Source of the DNA: Takakia lepidozioides
Lineage: Eukaryota; Plantae; Bryophyta
Reading direction: 5' to 3'
DNA: 64,000 nucleotides
NCBI GenBank assembly: GCA_030704615.1
Contig: CM060731.1
Span: forward strand, 14,322,001-14,386,000
The position numbers and the translations under genes were made by a program. Position 1 is the first letter of the stretch; every line of letters begins with the position of its first letter. The notes beneath the pieces are model-generated. The model worked only from the letters and a program-made list of their open reading frames with translations, was not told where the DNA came from and made no database searches. Positions 63,770-64,000 of the stretch are shown piece after piece.

Positions 63770-64000
63770 CTGCTCTTAAGTCATATTAGGTCCAAGTTTG
63801 GGGAGAGAGGAAGATAGAATGTACTCATAAGACGTTGTTGGCCGTAGCCATGTGGCCATTGACCCGCGCCCAGTTTGAGCGGAACACAAAGGGACAGAAA
63901 CTACCTTTGTCAGGGGCTGACGCCGGTAGTATGACTTACCCTGAAATGCAATGGATCCGAGTTTTCCAGGTATCCTCTAGAAATCCCTTCACACAACCAT

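Overview
Eukaryotic nuclear DNA from a land plant, probably a non-seed plant (inferred from short GT-AG introns, PLS-class PPR relics and an MNS5-type mannosidase). Bases 1-43300 are a nest of transposons and 44100-64000 holds ordinary host genes: an ASCH-domain protein, an unknown membrane protein, a nucleotide pyrophosphatase/phosphodiesterase and MNS5. The main result is three diverged copies (A, B, C) of a two-gene Mutator-like (MULE) DNA transposon. Copy C (31535-41966) retains both ends and a 9-bp target-site duplication (TSD). In B and C a GCM-like/DDE/SWIM transposase is transcribed divergently from a spliced second gene; only this second gene of A lies in the window. That gene fuses a ParB/Srx-like domain (WDGNHR) to a bacterial-type beta-class amino-DNA-methyltransferase fold (DIPDG ... 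VDLxxGTG...GxEGD). Its introns carry arrays of palindromes that share a CGT(CA/TG)ACG core but have copy-specific arms, suggesting a self-recognition or anti-silencing system. Copy B appears to sit inside copy A. B itself hosts a chromovirus LTR retrotransposon (TSD CTGAC), a Pack-CACTA carrying PPR and OSB fragments (TSD CTC), a CACTA MITE and a captured, 4x amplified RPL32 fragment. An intact intronless ORF resembling T7 gp2.5-type ssDNA-binding proteins lies at 29116-29820. All homology calls come from motif recognition by eye; no searches were run.
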